From Candidatus Methylomirabilia bacterium (GTDB taxonomy: Bacteria; Methylomirabilota; Methylomirabilia; Rokubacteriales; CSP1-6), in assembly GCA_046758965.1 (NCBI GenBank), contig JBHIBG010000010.1, forward strand, positions 1-56,743: a stretch of 56,743 bases of DNA, in the 5' to 3' direction. The number at the start of each line of letters is the position of its first letter. The stretch's first letter is position 1. The position numbers and the translations under genes are program-made. Below the pieces are notes generated by a model, which had not been told where the DNA came from, ran no database searches, and saw nothing but the letters and a program-made list of their open reading frames with translations. Below, piece after piece: positions 27,501 through 36,127 of the stretch.

Positions 27501-28773
27501 CGGAAAGGGCCAGCCCGTCGAGGAGCCTCGGGAAGGAACCCCAGGAGGGGAGGACATCGAGCCGGCTGCGGAGGAGAGTTCCCGTATCCCTCTCGAAGCG
27601 ATACCGGGGCGAGTGAGCGATTTTCTGCTCGGGGGGAGACGGCAGGAGATTGAGCTGCTGATCAGACAGCTCTTCGAGCGTTTCCAGAGTTGTGACTCTC
27701 TGACCCGCAAGCGGATCGTCGATACCTGCCGGACATCGCTGGAAAGGCTCCCCCAAGGCTTTCAAGATCAGTTTGCCGGGGTGGTTGCGGATCCGCTGTT
27801 GGTTGCGCTTTCGGAGGAGCCGGATCCGAGAATTCTTGAGGCGATAGCCGCCATGCTCCATCGAATGGCTGCTACCCTGATCCTGTTCGGGGAATACTTG
27901 CTGGCGAGCCGGATTCTGCTGCATCTGAGCGGTCGGGACCGACAGCTTCAGGAAGCCAAAGACGTGCGTGGGGAGACGATCGCGAGGGTCTTGAACGAGT
28001 GGTTGGAGCCAACAATCGTGAAGCTGCTTGTGGAGGATCTGAAGAGCGGTGAAGCCGGCCGGCAGCGTGGTGCGGCGCAGCTGCTTGGCAGTTGCGGCCG
28101 GATCGCCGTGCCGGTGCTGATCGATATTATCAAACAGGCGGGGGACCTCAGGGTGAGGGAGCTCGCTGCCGGTCTGCTGGCGGAGCTGGGGCCGGAGGCA
28201 GCCCATGTTCTGAAGCGTGAGCTGGTGTTGGAGGTCAGCGCTCAGGAGCGGGTCCGGATTCTGGAAGTGATTGAGACCGTGACTCACGATATAAGGATGG
28301 AGTTGGCTTATGCCCTCGGTGACGGAAACCGCCAGGTGCGCGAGGCTGCGTTTGGAGTTGCAGAACGTGTTAACGACGGACAGGTCCTGGAGGTGATCCT
28401 CGAGTATGCCAAGAGCCGGGAAACAGATTTGGCGACGCATGGGATCAGGTGCCTCGGGAGGCTCAAGCCAGCCGGGGCTGTGGAGGTGCTTGTCTCCATC
28501 TTGAAGTCCACGAGGGAGAGGGAGCGGCTTGTCGCCTGCTGTCAGGCTCTGGGTCAGATCGCGGATCCAGCGACGATCGGGCCTCTAGCCAAGATCTTGG
28601 CTCCGAGAGGCGTTTTCTCCCTGCGCAGGAGATGGAGCGCTCAGGTTCGCGCCACTGCGGCTTTTGCCCTGGGGCAGATCTCTGACCCTGGCGCGGCTGA
28701 CGCGTTGGTGCTCGTGGTGGACGACCGCGACCCGAGGGTCAGGAAGGTCGCCCGAGCCCGTTTGAAGCGATAG
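24580..28773 (+). CDS. Diguanylate-cyclase (AGDEF) + STAND/AAA ATPase + duplicated domain + HEAT-repeat protein
   Basis: DELTGIHNRR, DVDHFKRINDTHGHHIGD, RYAGDEF, ADTALYYAK; GTAGMGKS, LIDDLHLAD, SQGNPMFL; C-terminal HEAT-like repeats (ACCQALGQI, TAAFALGQI, DPRVRKVA). Confidence 0.85.
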   Translation: MAYEEFTSFLQHVGKDPSRLIFEDELTGIHNRRFLLNYFECKVPWDSLDDCPVSVIMVDVDHFKRINDTHGHHIGDQALIWVAGLLKEVAAEQALAIRYAGDEFVLLLPRADKHRALRVGESLLHRIRREPFRLDDGSLDLHITLSMGIATAPDDARTGKSLLQKADTALYYAKHSGRDGLANAQEMNLQKVWAKAVLHQLEEAEIAGRASQLARVEESFQKFSEGENQFLIVQGTAGMGKSRFLERVRRNLARTERSIVKVNGVQEEGFRPYALMTHILVALLNQREDKGAGAFESLDREEISYLARILPQLREAGEADVGENERAERERLFTTLVHFIRKIVDSGPLIVLIDDLHLADEATLLLFRVLMMRSEIALFVCGTSADTTLAGVEEQPVPLEQFYSAERERLNIRKIDLTPLTAADIATYLREIFPRVRLPRDVAKDLAEISQGNPMFLGGILRKLVSDQKVALVGQQWVMEPLEEGYLPESLEEIVSEKIAALDEESRQLLAEASTLGEDVSLSFLTGSFERMEAKVLEFVDKAVAQGLLSSKFELNDETIRFLGRRIQEIAYGGIEHDRRRELHERIGKYQETLYEQRLLPSAATLAYHFKRSADQEKARKYAQVQAVYNQRVFNAREATSYSGEKPSEGASPDIPLDAASLADIPTVIRLLLAAVRSIRLYPAESKTVVSAMLQVKEGISQILARNDCLNLVQTKGGLVVNGQRVEVAEFRSIAEAFVDLLSRIELEGIAVHRGVSDRELGRVLETLGGVRRKEIDRRFWQRFCSEQGLLHIRLTQVRYTERAGPTGVSATLLSASEKLDQEDLPWIHEIIRWLLSAASNARLYPSTSKAVSRSIEEFVEAVHKGVTRRPMLTLARVGSSLLVNGETVDTSEFKALADSFVEFLQSIGLSSLTFLEHASARELQTFVEALKGLPAAGVGSEFWQRFSEDRELSGILFDHRLYEVRGRAAVKDSGKGQPVEEPREGTPGGEDIEPAAEESSRIPLEAIPGRVSDFLLGGRRQEIELLIRQLFERFQSCDSLTRKRIVDTCRTSLERLPQGFQDQFAGVVADPLLVALSEEPDPRILEAIAAMLHRMAATLILFGEYLLASRILLHLSGRDRQLQEAKDVRGETIARVLNEWLEPTIVKLLVEDLKSGEAGRQRGAAQLLGSCGRIAVPVLIDIIKQAGDLRVRELAAGLLAELGPEAAHVLKRELVLEVSAQERVRILEVIETVTHDIRMELAYALGDGNRQVREAAFGVAERVNDGQVLEVILEYAKSRETDLATHGIRCLGRLKPAGAVEVLVSILKSTRERERLVACCQALGQIADPATIGPLAKILAPRGVFSLRRRWSAQVRATAAFALGQISDPGAADALVLVVDDRDPRVRKVARARLKR

Positions 28774-28945
28774 CAGCCAGCGCACTCGTCCTCTCCCCGC
28801 GACCAGCATCTAGAAGAAGCGTGACCTGAGCCCGACTCGCGCCGCCGGGGGGTTCCATCACGATCCAGACCTCGGCCGTGACTGGTGGTTGTTGATCGTG
28901 AACCCGCTGGTGCCGTTGGACTGGGTGGGATTTGTTAGAGGTGCC

Positions 28946-30739
28946 CTAGCCAGCTCCACCGGGGTGACTCTGGAGGGGGGTGGAAGTCTCCCCCGCAGAG
29001 GAGTCGGAATCCTGGAACTGAAGCGCATGGAGCCGGCGGTAGAGGCCATCGCGTGCCATCAGCTCCTCGTGGCGGCCGACCTCTTCGATCCGGCCCTCGT
29101 GGATCACGTAGATCCGATCGGCATTTCTCACCGTGGAGAGTCGGTGCGCGATCACGAGCACGGTTCGGCCTTTGGTGAGGTCGGCGAGGGCCTGCTGGAC
29201 CCTGAACTCGCTCTCCGAATCCAGGTCGGAAGTGGCCTCGTCCAGGATCAGGATCGGCGGATCCTTCAGGAAGGCTCGGGCAATGGCGATCCGCTGGCGC
29301 TGCCCCGCCGAGAGCCTGACGCCTCGCTCGCCCACCGGCGTCTGATACCGGTCGGGCATCGCCGAGATGAAGTCGTGACAGTGGGCGAGTCGGGCCGCCC
29401 GCTCCACCTCCTCGGGCCCGGGCCCCGGCCGGCCATAGGCGATGTTATAGAAGATGGTGTCGTTGAAGAGGAACGTCTCCTGGGTAACAATGCCGATCAG
29501 GGCTCGCAGGGACGCGACCGTCACGTCCCGGATATCGCGCCCGTCAATCCGGATTGCTCCGGCGCTGACGTCATAGAAGCGGGGGAGGAGGTCCATAAGC
29601 GTGGACTTGCCCGCGCCGCTCATTCCCACGAATGCGACGATCTCTCCCTTCCGCACCGCCAGGCAGACCTCGCTGAGCACGGGGGCCGGCCGGTCCGAGT
29701 AGTGAAACGAGACGCTGTCGAACTCGATCCGGTCGCTGAACCCCGGTAGTGCCGTCGCCCCGGGCCGGTCAACGATCGTGGGAGAGGTGTCCAGCATCTC
29801 GAAGATCCGTTCCACGGAGGCTGCTCCCTGCTGGATGGTGTTGGCCATGCGGGAGAGCTTCCGGACCGGCCCGTAGAGCATGGCCGTGGCAGCCGCAAAG
29901 GAGAAGAACGCTCCGGGAGTCATAGCTCCCTGGATCACCTGGTATCCCCCATACCAGACCCCTCCCATGATCGCCAGGGCTCCCAGCACCTCCATGAGGG
30001 GCTCGGTGATCTCAGCAGTCCGGTGGTTCTTCAGAGAGAGCGTGAGCAGGTGCGTGTTCACCCGGCCGAATCGCTCTTCCTCGTGCGACTCCCGGCCGAA
30101 GGCCTTGACGATCTTGGTGCCGGTGAACGACTCCTCGAGCACCACGTTCAGCTCGGCAATCTTCTGCTGAAACCGCTTGTTGATCTTGTAGAGCTTTCGG
30201 CCAATGGCTCGAATGGCGGCGCCCACAAAGGGGAAGACCACTACCGCAATCAGGGTCAGGATCCAGTTCCGGTGCAGCATGACTGAGAGGAGCGCTACAA
30301 TGATGGCGACCTGGCGGACCGCCATGACCAACACCTGGGCGGAAAGCCGCGCGAGGCGGTTCACGTCGATGACGACTCGAGACATCAGCTCCGCGGAGTG
30401 GAGATCGGAGAAGAACGAGAGCGGCATCCCCTGGATGTGGACATAGAGGTCGCGCCGGAGCGTGGCGATGACGCGCGCCCCCACCGCCGCCATCAGGTAG
30501 GATTGGCCGTACCGGCTTGCTCCCTTCAGCAGGTAGGCTCCCAGGAGGGCGAGCGGGATCAGCTTGAGCATCAGCAGGTCCCGCTTGAGGAAGACCTCGT
30601 CCATCACGGGTTTGACGAGCCAGGCGATGGTCCCCTCCATGGCAGCCACGATCAGCGCCAGGCCGGAGCCCGCGAGGAGCCACCACCAGTACGGCCGGAG
30701 GTAAGCGAACAGGCGCGCAAACAGAGCCAGGCGATTCAT
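28946..30739 (-). CDS. msbA: MsbA-like lipid ABC exporter
   Basis: LVKPVMDEVF, GMSGAGKS, LSAGQRQR, ILDEATS; adjacent to a glycosyltransferase. Confidence 0.75.
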   Translation of the reverse strand: MNRLALFARLFAYLRPYWWWLLAGSGLALIVAAMEGTIAWLVKPVMDEVFLKRDLLMLKLIPLALLGAYLLKGASRYGQSYLMAAVGARVIATLRRDLYVHIQGMPLSFFSDLHSAELMSRVVIDVNRLARLSAQVLVMAVRQVAIIVALLSVMLHRNWILTLIAVVVFPFVGAAIRAIGRKLYKINKRFQQKIAELNVVLEESFTGTKIVKAFGRESHEEERFGRVNTHLLTLSLKNHRTAEITEPLMEVLGALAIMGGVWYGGYQVIQGAMTPGAFFSFAAATAMLYGPVRKLSRMANTIQQGAASVERIFEMLDTSPTIVDRPGATALPGFSDRIEFDSVSFHYSDRPAPVLSEVCLAVRKGEIVAFVGMSGAGKSTLMDLLPRFYDVSAGAIRIDGRDIRDVTVASLRALIGIVTQETFLFNDTIFYNIAYGRPGPGPEEVERAARLAHCHDFISAMPDRYQTPVGERGVRLSAGQRQRIAIARAFLKDPPILILDEATSDLDSESEFRVQQALADLTKGRTVLVIAHRLSTVRNADRIYVIHEGRIEEVGRHEELMARDGLYRRLHALQFQDSDSSAGETSTPLQSHPGGAG

Positions 30740-31845
30740 CGACGTTCTGCCAGGAGGCGCGAGTAGAGCGCCTCGGTCCGCTCGGTTTTCGCCCGCATGG
30801 AGAACTCAGTTTCCACGAGCTTCCGGCCGGCCCGCGCCATCTCTTTGGCCTTGACCGGGTCCTCCATGATCCGGAGGATGGCCTGGGCAAGGGCTTCGGG
30901 GTTGTGGGGCGAGACCAGGAGTCCGGTCTCACCGTCCTGGATCAGTTCGGGGATCCCTGCCACGTCGGTCCCGATCACGGGAGTCTCCACCGCGAGAGAC
31001 TCCCGGAGCGAGCCGGTGAGCCCCACCCCCGCGTACGGGGCGTCCACCGTCAGGTCGCTCGCGGCCAGGATCTGATGGATATCCTTTCGATAGCCGAAGA
31101 CGTAGACGCGACCGTTCAACCCACGGACTCGCGCCTTTTCGTAGAGCGCGTCGGGGCCGCGGGCGCCCACGATCAGGAGGCGCGGGCGGGGCGCCGCGCG
31201 GGCCACGAGTCTCATCGCCTCTAAGACATCATCGTTCCCCCGCCAGCTTCGCACTCCGACCTGGGTCACCAGGAAGTCCTGAGGAGTCAGTCCCAGCTCC
31301 GCTCGCACGGAGCTTCCATCGAGGCTCGGGTGAAAGCGGTCGGTGTCGGTGCCAGAGTGGATCACCTCGATCTTCTCTGCCGGAACACCTTGGGAGACGA
31401 GCCCGCGCTTGATCGAGTGAGAAACTGCGACGATCGTGGTCAGGCGACGGGTCGTGTACCCGAGCCGGTTGAAGGGGCCCAGGGGGAAACTCACTCCGCG
31501 GTTCAGGATCAGGACGGGGACCTTGACGAACAGCCCGGCGAGAATGGCAAGGGTACGGGCCCTCCCTTTATGGCAGTGCACGACCTCGGCGCGCTCGCTT
31601 CGAAGGATCCGGAACAGCCCGGCGACCGAGCGGGCGTCGAGCTCCGATCGCATCGGGAGCGAGTAGTAGGGGATGTTCGCCTCCCGGCACCTCCTGGCCC
31701 AGATGTCGCTCGGGCGGGTCACCACCGCCACGCGGTGCCCGCGGGCAACGAGCGCTCGGGCAAGATCGTGGAGTTGGATGGCGGCGCCGGTGAAGTAATC
31801 GGCCTTCGGATAGATGTGAAGGATCCTGAGCTTCTGTCCGCTCAC
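30736..31845 (-). CDS. Glycosyltransferase family 4 (GT-B)
   Basis: LRILHIY, IVAVSHSIK, LRESLAVETPVIGTDVAGIPELIQDGETGLLV; GTG start overlaps the upstream stop. Confidence 0.85.
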   Translation of the reverse strand: MSGQKLRILHIYPKADYFTGAAIQLHDLARALVARGHRVAVVTRPSDIWARRCREANIPYYSLPMRSELDARSVAGLFRILRSERAEVVHCHKGRARTLAILAGLFVKVPVLILNRGVSFPLGPFNRLGYTTRRLTTIVAVSHSIKRGLVSQGVPAEKIEVIHSGTDTDRFHPSLDGSSVRAELGLTPQDFLVTQVGVRSWRGNDDVLEAMRLVARAAPRPRLLIVGARGPDALYEKARVRGLNGRVYVFGYRKDIHQILAASDLTVDAPYAGVGLTGSLRESLAVETPVIGTDVAGIPELIQDGETGLLVSPHNPEALAQAILRIMEDPVKAKEMARAGRKLVETEFSMRAKTERTEALYSRLLAERR

Positions 31846-32192
31846 GTCGCGAAGCACTCGCAGCCGGCGATCATCACCTGGTCGATCTCCGCATCGGTGT
31901 GGCCGGCCGGCGGGAGAAGGGTCGGGATCTCGTCGGCGAACCGCCGGGAGAGCGCTTCCTGGTCCGCGGCGAGGATGTTGACCGCGAAGCTCCCCGCGGC
32001 CTCCAGTGCGGCGTAGCTCTCCGCTTGGTGATCGACGCAGACCAGCAGCAGCGGCGGGTTCAGGGAGACGGAGGTGACGGCGCTGGCGGTGAGCCCAGTC
32101 GGATGCCCCTTCGAGTCCCAGGTAGTGATCACGGTTACGCCGCTTGCGAAGTGGCTCAGCGCGTGGCGGAACTCGTCGGGTCCGATGGCCAT
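31842..32192 (-). pseudogene. Truncated flavin reductase-like gene with a foreign C-terminus
   Basis: FRHALSHFASGVTVIT, TSVSLNPPLLLVC, FAVNILAADQ; 116 aa, lacking the C-terminal GDH-containing part. Confidence 0.6.
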
Positions 32193-32269
32193 GACGTGGA
32201 GAGATACTCCACCTGTTCTTTGTAGCAATTCCCATGCAGATTTGCAAGCAATCTGTTTGAGCCCTCGCC

Positions 32270-32298
32270 TTGACCCGAGGTGAACGCTCGCCTATACT
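32270..32298 (+). promoter_or_regulatory. Sigma70-type promoter for mrp
   Basis: TTGACC-N17-TATACT, 33 nt upstream of ATG 32332. Confidence 0.6.
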
Positions 32299-32331
32299 GC
32301 ATCCGAAAGCGCCGTCCTTGATGGAGGGCTG

Positions 32332-33435
32332 ATGAGCCAGAACACTGGTGAAGCGAGAGTCAGTGAGGAGGCTGTTCTCGAGGCCTTGCGTGCCGTGCAC
32401 GATCCCGACCTGCGCAAAGACATCGTGAGCCTCGGGCTCGTGAGAGACCTCGCCATCGAAGACGGGCGCGTGTCCTTTACGATCGCGTTTACGACCCAGT
32501 CTGCCGGCGCGAAGGTTCAGGTCTACAGTCAGGCTCGCAGAACTGTTTCCCAACTTCCGGGGGTGTCCGGAGTGCAGGCGAAGATGGGCGCGGCCCCGCA
32601 GGCTGGCGCGCGGCCCCAGGCGGCGGCTCCTCAGCCTCAGAAAGGGGACCTGATCCCCGACGTGAAGCATACCATCGCGATATCATCCGGGAAGGGCGGC
32701 GTGGGCAAGTCAACCGTGGCGGTCAACCTCGCCCTCGCGTTCCGTGGAACGGGTGCCGCGGTAGGGCTGGTGGATGTCGATGTCTATGGTCCGGACATCC
32801 CGCTGATGATGGGGGCACAGGGTAAGCCGGGGATGTTCCAGAACAAGATCATCCCTGTCGAGCGTCACGGCATCAAGCTTATCTCCATCGGGTTCTTTGT
32901 CCCACCGGGCGAGGCCATCGTCTGGCGGGGCCCCATGATTCATTCTGCCGTCCAGCAGTTCCTCAAGGACGTGATGTGGGGCGCGCTCGATTACCTACTC
33001 TTCGACATGCCTCCCGGCACCGGGGATGCTCAGCTCTCCCTCTCTCAGGTGATCCCACTCTCCGGTGCGCTCCTGGTCACGACGCCGCAGGAGGTGGCTC
33101 TCCTCGATGTCCGCAAGGCGCTGGCCATGTTCCGCAAGATGAACGTGCCGCTGCTGGGTATCGTGGAAAATATGAGCGACTTCGCCTGCCCCCACTGCGG
33201 TGAGAGGACGGCCATCTTCGGCGAGCAGGGCGGCAGGAGGATTGCCGAAGAGACAGGTGTCCCGCTGCTGGCGCAGATCCCCCTGGATCCCGAGACCCGC
33301 GTGGGAGGCGACGATGGTATCCCGATCGTGGTCAGAAGGCCCGGCTCCCCTCAGGCTGAAGCCTTCCGGAGGCTGGCCGAGGCTGTGGCGGCCCGGGGGG
33401 AGCTCTCTACCCTGAATCTCCCCACCATCGGCTAG
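32332..33435 (+). CDS. mrp: Mrp/ApbC/NBP35 Fe-S cluster carrier ATPase
   Basis: N-terminal DPDLRKDIVSLG domain, SGKGGVGKST, DMPPGTGD, ENMS..CPHC. Confidence 0.93.
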   Translation: MSQNTGEARVSEEAVLEALRAVHDPDLRKDIVSLGLVRDLAIEDGRVSFTIAFTTQSAGAKVQVYSQARRTVSQLPGVSGVQAKMGAAPQAGARPQAAAPQPQKGDLIPDVKHTIAISSGKGGVGKSTVAVNLALAFRGTGAAVGLVDVDVYGPDIPLMMGAQGKPGMFQNKIIPVERHGIKLISIGFFVPPGEAIVWRGPMIHSAVQQFLKDVMWGALDYLLFDMPPGTGDAQLSLSQVIPLSGALLVTTPQEVALLDVRKALAMFRKMNVPLLGIVENMSDFACPHCGERTAIFGEQGGRRIAEETGVPLLAQIPLDPETRVGGDDGIPIVVRRPGSPQAEAFRRLAEAVAARGELSTLNLPTIG

Positions 33436-33508
33436 CGCCGTGATGTTGGGCCTTCTTCGCCGGAGCACGGCGCGTCCCTGATCCTGACCGGGGGCGCCGT
33501 CGGACAGT

Positions 33509-34444
33509 ATGGATCCTCTCACCCACGGTCTAGCCGGCGCGGTGCTGGCTCAGGCTGGCTTCCGCCAGCGGTACGGCTACCAGGCCACCCTGGCACTCAC
33601 CGGGGGGGCTCTCCTCCCGGACATGGACATCGTCTGGAGCCCCGTGAAAAGTGTGGCAGCCCTGGAGAGCCATCGGGGGATAACGCACTCCCTCGTAGGA
33701 GCTCTTGGGTTGGCCCTGGTGTTAGGCCTCGTGCTTCGGATCCTCGGTCGGGAAACGCGGTGGATGCACCTCTCGGCGCTCTCGCTGCTCGGCATTCTGG
33801 TCGGCCACCTGTTCCTTGACCTGATCACCACGTACGGGATCCAGCTCTTGCTCCCCTTCTCCAGAACTCGGCCCGCGCTGGACTTGGTGTTTATCCTCGA
33901 TCCGATCGTGACGGTTCCGCTCCTGGCTGCCCTCATCGGGGGGATCCTCTGGCGCCACTCCACGGCGGTGATCGCCCGCCTGTCGCTGGGATTGGTCGTG
34001 GCCTACCTGGGCTTCATGACTTTCAACCACGTCGCTGCGGTTGCCGCGATGGAGCGCAGCGTGGCGGGCCACGGGGTCTCCCCGGTCCGGGTGGAAGCGC
34101 TCCCCGGCCCCCTCAACCCGCTCCGCTGGCAGGGATTGGCGGAGAGCGGGGGTACCTACTGGACCGGTGACGTCCAGCTGTGGGGCGGAGCAGTCGCCCT
34201 GACCGCCGTCCCCAAGGGACCCGACAACCCGCTGGTGGCCGCGGCGCGTGTGCATCCGGATGTTCAGATTTTCCTCTGGTTTGCTCGCTTTCCGGTCGTG
34301 TCGTTCCTGGAGGACGGCGGGCAGTACGTCGTCGAGTACCGGGATCTCCGCTTTGCCCACTCCCTGCGGAACCGGACTCCCTTCGTCCTCCGGGTGATCC
34401 TCTCCCCCGCGGGTGAGGTGGTAGAGACCCTGTTTACCCCATGA
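33509..34444 (+). CDS. Membrane-bound metal-dependent hydrolase (YdjM-like)
   Basis: MDPLTHGL, LPDMD, HRGITHSL, HLFLDLITTYG. Confidence 0.85.
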   Translation: MDPLTHGLAGAVLAQAGFRQRYGYQATLALTGGALLPDMDIVWSPVKSVAALESHRGITHSLVGALGLALVLGLVLRILGRETRWMHLSALSLLGILVGHLFLDLITTYGIQLLLPFSRTRPALDLVFILDPIVTVPLLAALIGGILWRHSTAVIARLSLGLVVAYLGFMTFNHVAAVAAMERSVAGHGVSPVRVEALPGPLNPLRWQGLAESGGTYWTGDVQLWGGAVALTAVPKGPDNPLVAAARVHPDVQIFLWFARFPVVSFLEDGGQYVVEYRDLRFAHSLRNRTPFVLRVILSPAGEVVETLFTP

Positions 34445-35127
34445 GGCTCCGGCTCCTCCTGGCTCTGCTCCTCGTCACGGTGGCCGTCCCGGCGCTGGCC
34501 GCGGCACCTCCGTGGGGGTGGCTCGGTGTGAGGATCAGGGATCTGTCCGAGCGGGAGATGGAGGAGATCGCGTTGCGCCACGGGATCCAGGAGGGGTTTG
34601 GGGTCTTCATTGTGGAGATCCTGGCTGACACACCAGCTTCACGAGCTGGCCTCGAAAGCGGGGACTTGGTCGTGGCATTCGGGGGGCTCCCGGTGGTGGA
34701 CACGCGCACCCTCCAGCGGCTCGTGGCCTCAAGCGCCGTGGGCGAGGAGAACGTCGTGACCGTGCTCAGGAGCCGAGGGCGGCAGCGTCTGATCGTGCGC
34801 CTCGGCGCCATGCCTTCCGAACTGGTCGCAGAGCGGATTGCCGCCGAGTTCGGATTTGTGATCCCGAACTCGAGGGCGGAGAAAAGCGCTCTACCAGCTC
34901 CGCTCTCCTCGATTCCCAGGGTGGCTATGGTGTCCGCTGGCAGCCAGGCTGGACGGGCGGGCCTGAAACCTGGGGATCTGATTGTAGAGGTCAACGGCCA
35001 GCCGGTCTCGACCGGCCAGGATCTCCGGGAGGCACTCCTCACGGTCGCCGTGGATCAGCGGCTGAAGCTCACCGTCAGACGCGGCGAGGGGTGGGTTCGT
35101 CTCATCCTCGACCCCGCCCGCCCCTGA
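34441..35127 (+). CDS. Secreted tandem-PDZ protein
   Basis: Signal peptide, GWLGVRI, PASRAGLESGD, AGRAGLKPGDLIVEVNG. Confidence 0.8.
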   Translation: MRLRLLLALLLVTVAVPALAAAPPWGWLGVRIRDLSEREMEEIALRHGIQEGFGVFIVEILADTPASRAGLESGDLVVAFGGLPVVDTRTLQRLVASSAVGEENVVTVLRSRGRQRLIVRLGAMPSELVAERIAAEFGFVIPNSRAEKSALPAPLSSIPRVAMVSAGSQAGRAGLKPGDLIVEVNGQPVSTGQDLREALLTVAVDQRLKLTVRRGEGWVRLILDPARP

Positions 35128-35262
35128 CATTCTGGACAGGTCAACGAGTCAGCACGCTCGACGGAGCAGGAGCGACGCCCCGCATCAGGAACAGGCTCCT
35201 TGACGCGTCGGGGGGCCCGTGGTAATTGAAGACATACGGAAAGTGCGGGGGGAGGGATCAAG

Positions 35263-35427
35263 ATGCCTGTGTATGAGTTCTACTGCACCAAGTGTGAGAA
35301 GGCGGTCTCAATCACCCTGACGGTGGGAGAACGGGAACGGGGTGAGTACCAGTGTTCCCACTGTGGCGGGAAGAGCCTCGAGCCTCAGATGGCGACGTTC
35401 TTCTCCAAAACCTCGCGGAAGAGCTAG
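35263..35427 (+). CDS. FmdB-family zinc-ribbon protein (54 aa; below the ORF-track cutoff)
   Basis: MPVYEFYCTKC...YQCSHCGG...KTSRKS; GGAGG RBS. Confidence 0.85.
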   Translation: MPVYEFYCTKCEKAVSITLTVGERERGEYQCSHCGGKSLEPQMATFFSKTSRKS

Positions 35428-35487
35428 CAAATCACACGCACGAACCGGCTCGGGGGATGACAGGCCCAGCAGGAGGGGGGGGAAGTG

Positions 35488-36012
35488 ATGAACCTTGAGG
35501 GGAAGCGGGTGGCAATCTGTGCCGAGAATCTCTACCAGGAGATGGAACTCTGGGTCCCCTACTACCGGCTGAAGGAGGAGGGAGCCGAGGTCACGGTGGT
35601 GGGGTCGGGCGGAGCCAAGTCCTATACCTCCAAGCACGGTTACCCGGTCTCCGTTGGCGCGCAGGCCGAGAGCGTGAGCGCCGTGGAGTTTGATGCCGTG
35701 GTGGTGCCGGGTGGCTACGCGCCGGATCTGATGCGCCGTTCGGAGGCGATGGTCCGGCTGGTTCGCGACGCCTTCCAGCAGGGCAAGCTGGTGGCCGCCA
35801 TCTGCCATGCGGGTTGGATGCTGGTCTCGGCGGGGATTCTCAAGGGGAAGACCGCGACGAGCTTCTTCTCTATCAAAGACGACATGGTCAACGCTGGCGC
35901 CGCCTGGGTTGACCGGGAGGTTGTGGTTGACGGAAACCTCGTGACCTCCCGCAAGCCCGATGACCTCCCTGCCTTCTGTCGGGAGATCGTCGGAGCGCTC
36001 GCCAAGCGCTAA
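35488..36012 (+). CDS. PfpI/DJ-1 family (type 1 glutamine amidotransferase-like) protein
   Basis: YQEMELWVP, VVPGGYAPD, AAICHAG, VTSRKPDDLPAF. Confidence 0.9.
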   Translation: MNLEGKRVAICAENLYQEMELWVPYYRLKEEGAEVTVVGSGGAKSYTSKHGYPVSVGAQAESVSAVEFDAVVVPGGYAPDLMRRSEAMVRLVRDAFQQGKLVAAICHAGWMLVSAGILKGKTATSFFSIKDDMVNAGAAWVDREVVVDGNLVTSRKPDDLPAFCREIVGALAKR

Positions 36013-36013
36013 C

Positions 36014-36087
36014 GACCGGTCCTTTCCGCTGCGGGCGAGGGCCCCGCATCCCAGGCGCGAGTGGGGCCTGCCTGCCGCCTCCGGTCA
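36014..36087. terminator. Long GC hairpin between convergent genes
   Basis: GACCGG/CCGGTC outer pair with GGCCCCGC/GTGGGGCC inner stem; no U-tract. Confidence 0.3.
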
Positions 36088-36127
36088 GCCCCGCGCCATT
36101 CTCTCGGCCGCGATTTCAGGGTCGAGG

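Noticed and set aside
31846..32670. N-terminal extension making the glycosyltransferase 644 aa
   Set aside because: The extension overlaps the flavin reductase remnant and mrp; GT4 similarity starts at GTG 31845
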